A DNA stretch of 28,663 bases, from assembly GCA_016931175.1 (NCBI GenBank), contig JAFGFH010000017.1, positions 1 to 28,663 on the forward strand. Reading direction: 5' to 3'. The DNA is from Nanobdellota archaeon. Lineage in GTDB: Archaea > Nanobdellota > Nanobdellia > Tiddalikarchaeales > Tiddalikarchaeaceae. The stretch's first letter is position 1; every line of letters starts with the position of its first letter. The notes under the pieces were generated by a model. That model was not told the origin of the DNA, made no database searches, and saw only the letters and a program-made list of their open reading frames with translations. A program made the translations under genes and the position numbers. Positions 24,589 through 28,663 of this stretch are shown here, in pieces.

Positions 24589-25002
24589 ATGGATGATGCT
24601 TACGAAAAGGCAAGGGAAACCATTAAGAATGCATTAAACAAGAGTTTCTCAAAACAGACAAAGGATTTTATTGAACGGGTTGAAAAGGTTATTAAGAAAA
24701 TAGTAAACAAGGGAGAAAGCATGGATATGGATTTAAGCAAAATACTTGGTTTAATTCAGGGGCTTCACATAGTTAAGACTAAAAAGAACAAGAAGACTGC
24801 AAAGCTAGTTGTGTCATTAATAATTGCTTCAATAATCGCATTATCCCTTGGTTTTGTAATAAAGAGTTATGACAGTATCAGCAAAGGCAAAACGCCTGAA
24901 GAAAAGATTAAGATATTCATAGATAATCTTCATCTTGAAAAGTTAAAAGATAATCCAACCATTAAGAAGGTTAGGAAAGAGATTAAAGCTTTAATGGAGT
25001 AA
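24589..25002 (+). CDS. Hypothetical single-pass membrane protein (137 aa)
   Basis: Central hydrophobic segment AKLVVSLIIASIIALSLGFVI flanked by Lys-rich regions. Confidence 0.5.
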   Translation: MDDAYEKARETIKNALNKSFSKQTKDFIERVEKVIKKIVNKGESMDMDLSKILGLIQGLHIVKTKKNKKTAKLVVSLIIASIIALSLGFVIKSYDSISKGKTPEEKIKIFIDNLHLEKLKDNPTIKKVRKEIKALME

Positions 25003-25012
25003 AAAAAGTGTA

Positions 25013-25954
25013 ATGATTGAAATAAGAGAGGATCTTATCTCTAAGAGAAAAGTAATAATTAATGAAACCAGGTCTTTAAGACCTCATAATATTCAAGAAC
25101 CGGATAGTAAAAAAAGGGATAGGGTTTGCGTATTCTGCCCCGGCAATGAACAAAAAACTCCCCCTGAACTTTCTAGAACTGGAACTGAAAAGAAGTGGAC
25201 AATAAGAGTTTTTCCTAATAAGTATCCTATACTAACTCTTCAAAGATACAAGCAGTTAAAAAATAACAGCTTCAAATCGTGGAAAGGCCACGGCAATAAT
25301 GAAGTCATAGTTTTAACACCTGATAATGAAGAGAATCCATTTAATTTCTCATTAAGCAAATGGTTTGAAATAATAAAAATGTACCAGGAGAGAATTAGTC
25401 ACAATTTTATGCCTCAAGAGATAAAATACGTTTTACTATTTCATAACCAAGGACCTAAGTCGGGTGCGAGCATAAGCCACGCTCACTCCCAGCTTGCCAG
25501 TTTTCCATTCATACCAGATGTTATAAGAAAAGAAGCAGGCAGCTGCAGTAAAAAACTTTGTTGTGAGATGATAAGCTACGAGTTGAAGCAGAACAGGCTA
25601 GTATTTAAAAACAAGGACTTTATTGTTTTCTGCAATTACGCTTCCAGGTTCCCTTTCGAAACCCACATCTATCCTGTAAAGCACGTTAAGTCAATAACTC
25701 TTTTAAGTGATGAATTAGTTCATTCTTTAAGCGAGGTATTGCTTAGATTAATGAAGGTTTTTAAGAAGGTCTTTGGAGGCTTGGATTACAACTTTGTTAT
25801 TCACGATGCTCCTAAAAATAAAGACTACCACTTCCATATCGAATTCTACCCTCAAATCCTTAAGTTTGCAGGAGTAGAATACGGCGCTGATGTTAATGTT
25901 AACAACATTAGTCCTGAAACTGCTGCTAAAATCTTAAGAGGTGTTCTAGATTGA
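25013..25954 (+). CDS. galT: Galactose-1-phosphate uridylyltransferase-like (GalT/HIT superfamily) nucleotidyltransferase
   Basis: 313 aa. Zn-binding CVFCPGNE near the N-terminus, VFPNKYP, active-site SHAHSQL (H-x-H-x-Q), and a second half-domain with FHIEFYP. Confidence 0.75.
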   Translation: MIEIREDLISKRKVIINETRSLRPHNIQEPDSKKRDRVCVFCPGNEQKTPPELSRTGTEKKWTIRVFPNKYPILTLQRYKQLKNNSFKSWKGHGNNEVIVLTPDNEENPFNFSLSKWFEIIKMYQERISHNFMPQEIKYVLLFHNQGPKSGASISHAHSQLASFPFIPDVIRKEAGSCSKKLCCEMISYELKQNRLVFKNKDFIVFCNYASRFPFETHIYPVKHVKSITLLSDELVHSLSEVLLRLMKVFKKVFGGLDYNFVIHDAPKNKDYHFHIEFYPQILKFAGVEYGADVNVNNISPETAAKILRGVLD

Positions 25955-26268
25955 GTATTGAAGAATTGTTTAAAGATAAAAGCATTCAAGAAGTTATAGT
26001 TTCACTTCAGGAAACTGCTGAGGAGTTGAAAAACTTAACTAATCCAATAAAATTAACTATGAATCCTAAAATGAAGAGTGAGGATGAATTATTCCAAAAA
26101 GTTAAAGAATTAAGAATTGAGGTTGAAGAATTGGCCAAAAAAGTAGAGGATAATAAATCAGGCAGGAATTTGAAAGTGATAAAAGACATAACAGAGAAGG
26201 TTAAGAAAATAGTAAGCGAGAAGCAGAAGATTCAGGAAGAATTAAGGCTGTTACGCGCCAGTAATTAA
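25951..26268 (+). CDS. Hypothetical coiled-coil protein (105 aa)
   Basis: TTG start overlapping the galT-like TGA (TTGA at 25951-25954). E/K-rich heptad-like sequence. Confidence 0.45.
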   Translation: MSIEELFKDKSIQEVIVSLQETAEELKNLTNPIKLTMNPKMKSEDELFQKVKELRIEVEELAKKVEDNKSGRNLKVIKDITEKVKKIVSEKQKIQEELRLLRASN

Positions 26269-26303
26269 TTAAACTTAAAAACACCTTAATTTTAGGATTC
26301 AAG

Positions 26304-27098
26304 ATGGAAAAGAAATTAAACGTCCTGCATCATGGCTTGTTCTGCACTAAGATGAAAGAATTACGGCAAAAAATGGGCTTGTTATACAAAGGTGAAATCA
26401 TTGAATCCTACTTTAAGACAGGGGAGTGCTACTTGTTAGAGTCTGAAAACCCTAACGACTTGTTTCACATCGTCACATCTGATGAGGATGAGTTCACTCT
26501 TGACGATTCAGATATTAATGACTTTTTAATGCTTGAAGACTTGCCTTTAACAGGAGTTCAAGTTGTTGGTGAGAAGAGATTAAACATGCCTGATTTTTAT
26601 AATAACCTGTTGAACTTATTAACAGCTGCACAGTCAGAGTATGGACAAGCCAAGTTAATTAACATTTACGACCCCAAGAGTTTCAAGATTAAGAAATCAA
26701 TGCTTATAACAGAAGATGCTGATTTTTACGAGTATAATAAGTTCAAACCTTACCATGAAATATTAACAAAGGATTACATTAAGGCTCTTAAAATCTTAGG
26801 CTTCGAGAATTTCACTCTTATTAATAATAATGTAGTCTCATTTTCAAAAGAGGTCACTGCTTCTGCAATAAGCAATGCCTTCACGCAGACAATAAAACCC
26901 TTTAATAAGAGCTTACTGAACGTATTCTACAAAGACTTGGAATTGTTCATTAACTCCAGTTTTAACAAGAGAACTCTTTTCATAAGAGTGCCTAAGAATG
27001 ACAAGGATATCAGCAATGCTATAACCTTCACTAATAACTTCACACAAGAATACTATAATGATTTACTGCAAAGAGTTGAAATCTTTTCTCACAAATAA
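26304..27098 (+). CDS. Hypothetical protein (264 aa)
   Basis: Intact ORF in low-GC DNA, no motif recognised. Its 3' end overlaps convergent trpS by 10 nt. Confidence 0.55.
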   Translation: MEKKLNVLHHGLFCTKMKELRQKMGLLYKGEIIESYFKTGECYLLESENPNDLFHIVTSDEDEFTLDDSDINDFLMLEDLPLTGVQVVGEKRLNMPDFYNNLLNLLTAAQSEYGQAKLINIYDPKSFKIKKSMLITEDADFYEYNKFKPYHEILTKDYIKALKILGFENFTLINNNVVSFSKEVTASAISNAFTQTIKPFNKSLLNVFYKDLELFINSSFNKRTLFIRVPKNDKDISNAITFTNNFTQEYYNDLLQRVEIFSHK

Positions 27099-28192
27099 AA
27101 CTCTTTAACCTTATCCTTTGCCTTTTCCCTGTTAGCTTGGTGTTTTTCCAGGAACTTGTTTAACTTGTCAACGAGTAATTGCTTCAACTCTCCGGTTAAT
27201 AATTTGCCGCTCTTATAATCATCATAATAAGATTTTAACATCTTATCATTTTCTTCAAAGAAGGTAAGCCACTGGTATGAGACATCAATGTCCGGGTTGC
27301 CTCCCTTCTTCCTGTGCTCTTCAACGGTCGGCTGGCCTCCGCTGTAAGCATACTTCATAACCTTGTTCTTAACAGTCTTAGCATCATCAGTTGTGTAAAT
27401 CGCAGTGCTAGCATCGCTTGAACTCATCTTACCGCCAGGCCCTGATAAAGGAGGAAGGAATACTGAATGTATGGATGCAGGCTTGTAATAGCCAAGTTTT
27501 TGCAAAACGTCCCTGGATATCCTGAAATGAGGGTCTTGGTCAATAGCGTGCGGAATCAAGCAGGGTATGTTCTTCCCTGCTAGTATGGAAGGAAGTATTG
27601 CTGGAACCGTCTGCATGGCAGTGTAAAATATTTGTCCTATGTTAAAACTGTTGTCAAAACCAAAAGCTGCCTTAACCGTTGAGAAAGTTATCTTCTTGGC
27701 AACCTCGCACGCTGGCTTGTACATCAACCCCGCATCCTTAGTGTCTATTAAGAACTTCGTCTTCTTAGGATTAAAGCCTAATGCTATAACGTCAAGCATG
27801 TTATCGTATAATGTCTTCTCAACCTTTTCAAAGGTAAGATCCTCCTTGAACAAGAACTTCTCCTCATCAGGAAACTGGAACCATAAATCAACGTTGAACT
27901 TGTCCTGCAACCACTTAGTGAACATCCAAGGAACCAAGTGTCCTATGTGAACTTGTCCGGAAGGACTTCTCCCAGTGTAGAGAAAGAACTTGTTGCCTTT
28001 CTCGTACTCGTTCAAAATCCAATTCAAATCCCTGTGAGAGAAGAATATCTTTCTCCTGAGGAAAGGATGAAGCTCGCCAGTGTGCTTCTTAATCCTTGCC
28101 AATAATTTATCATTTATGGGTTCGGTTCCGAATTCCTTGATAAGCTTATTATAATCAATCTCTCCAGACACTTCCCAAGGCGTAACCTTCAT
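27089..28192 (-). CDS. trpS: Tryptophanyl-tRNA synthetase, archaeal/eukaryotic type
   Basis: 367 aa. HPFLRRKIFFSHRDLNWILNEYEKGNKFFLYTGRSPSGQVHIGHLVPWMFTKWLQDKFNV closely parallels eukaryotic/archaeal TrpRS. HIGH motif is HIGH and KMSKS motif is KMSSS. Confidence 0.93.
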   Translation of the reverse strand: MKVTPWEVSGEIDYNKLIKEFGTEPINDKLLARIKKHTGELHPFLRRKIFFSHRDLNWILNEYEKGNKFFLYTGRSPSGQVHIGHLVPWMFTKWLQDKFNVDLWFQFPDEEKFLFKEDLTFEKVEKTLYDNMLDVIALGFNPKKTKFLIDTKDAGLMYKPACEVAKKITFSTVKAAFGFDNSFNIGQIFYTAMQTVPAILPSILAGKNIPCLIPHAIDQDPHFRISRDVLQKLGYYKPASIHSVFLPPLSGPGGKMSSSDASTAIYTTDDAKTVKNKVMKYAYSGGQPTVEEHRKKGGNPDIDVSYQWLTFFEENDKMLKSYYDDYKSGKLLTGELKQLLVDKLNKFLEKHQANREKAKDKVKEFYL

Positions 28193-28215
28193 AAGAAATA
28201 GTGAAATATTGGTGT

Positions 28216-28223
28216 TTTATAAA
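28216..28223. promoter_or_regulatory. Palindromic TATA box (TTTATAAA) for trpS, possibly bidirectional
   Basis: It lies -31..-24 from the trpS start (28192). The same palindrome is 41-48 nt upstream of ATG 28264 on the plus strand. Confidence 0.5.
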
Positions 28224-28263
28224 CATTAAGTTTAAGAATGCGAGATTTTCCCAGATTAGTATT

Positions 28264-28596
28264 ATGAAAGTCTTGGAGAGCAGGCATCTTAAAGGACTGC
28301 ACATAGTTCCTGAGAATAAAACTGAAAATTATTACCTCACGCAAGAATTATTATGCTATTTTGAAGGATTCCAATTAACTAATTTAAGATTTAGATTAAA
28401 AAAATTCAACATTGATTCATTCATTATTAACTACGTACCCCTAATCACTTTTGGAATAAAAGACCTTAACGGTGTTCCTGTAATAACAGTTTATGATTCA
28501 AACAAGAAAACGCTTGAAGAATTATCTGAAAACTTAGAAGAATACGCAAACGCATACGAAAAAATAGCCGTTCATAAAGCTTCAGGGGAGATTTAA
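28264..28596 (+). CDS. Hypothetical protein (110 aa) ending inside the first copy of the terminal repeat
   Basis: The track ORF starts at GTG 28201, which lies upstream of the TATA at 28216-28223, so ATG 28264 is the more likely start. An ORF this long in AT-rich DNA is unlikely by chance. The stop TAA at 28594-28596 lies within repeat copy 1. Confidence 0.5.
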   Translation: MKVLESRHLKGLHIVPENKTENYYLTQELLCYFEGFQLTNLRFRLKKFNIDSFIINYVPLITFGIKDLNGVPVITVYDSNKKTLEELSENLEEYANAYEKIAVHKASGEI

Positions 28597-28663
28597 ACCA
28601 ACCTTTCTTAAAAAGAAAGCTTGACCAAAGAATAATAAGCTTCAGGGGAGATTTAAACCAACC
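28577..28663. CRISPR. Candidate CRISPR array start: 27-nt repeat / 33-nt spacer / 27-nt repeat, truncated by the window end
   Basis: AAGCTTCAGGGGAGATTTAAACCAACC occurs perfectly at 28577-28603 and 28637-28663. The intervening 33 nt is unrelated to the 33 nt preceding copy 1. Only two copies are visible and no cas gene is in the window, so confidence is moderate. Confidence 0.4.

Noticed and set aside
28201-28263. GTG start at 28201 for the last ORF (131 aa)
   Set aside because: It lies upstream of the only TATA box in the trpS/ORF intergenic region (28216-28223). The N-terminal 21 residues (MKYWCFINIKFKNARFSQISI) look like translated promoter DNA, so ATG 28264 is preferred.

Overview
Compact, AT-rich, almost gap-free archaeal genome fragment. 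The archaeal call rests on TFB, an archaeal-size RNase J, Trm1, archaeal/eukaryotic-type ProRS and TrpRS, a tRNA-Gln with an A1:U72 pair, and TATA boxes about 24-31 nt upstream of start codons. Small genes, many ORFans and a truncated AlaRS suggest a DPANN-like lineage, but that is inference only. I support about 44 protein genes, one free-standing 5S rRNA and one tRNA-Gln(CUG). Housekeeping content: Trm1, TFB, RNase J, AlaRS, ProRS, TrpRS, a GTPase/DUF2073 pair, a DUF2072-type Zn-ribbon protein, a GATase subunit, GalT-like and PhnN-like enzymes, an ICMT-family methyltransferase, two metallophosphoesterases, a JAMM/MPN protease, a GNAT and a geranylgeranyl-reductase-like flavoprotein. No transposase, integrase, phage or cas gene was recognised. 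Main second-look items follow. (1) The window ends in a perfect 27-nt repeat / 33-nt unique segment / 27-nt repeat, which looks like the first units of a CRISPR array cut by the window edge. (2) The window starts inside a leucine-rich-repeat gene of near-identical 69-bp units that the ORF track misses; the track lists only its antisense shadow. (3) A very regular TATA position implies mostly leaderless mRNAs, including two palindromic TATA boxes shared by divergent genes. (4) A secreted protein is built from three copies of an unrecognised 6-Cys module. (5) A PhnN-like kinase operon is present. (6) AlaRS is bacterial-type and lacks the C-terminal domain. (7) A low-GC ORFan block follows the GTPase operon. 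All family calls come from motif recognition by eye; no database search was possible.
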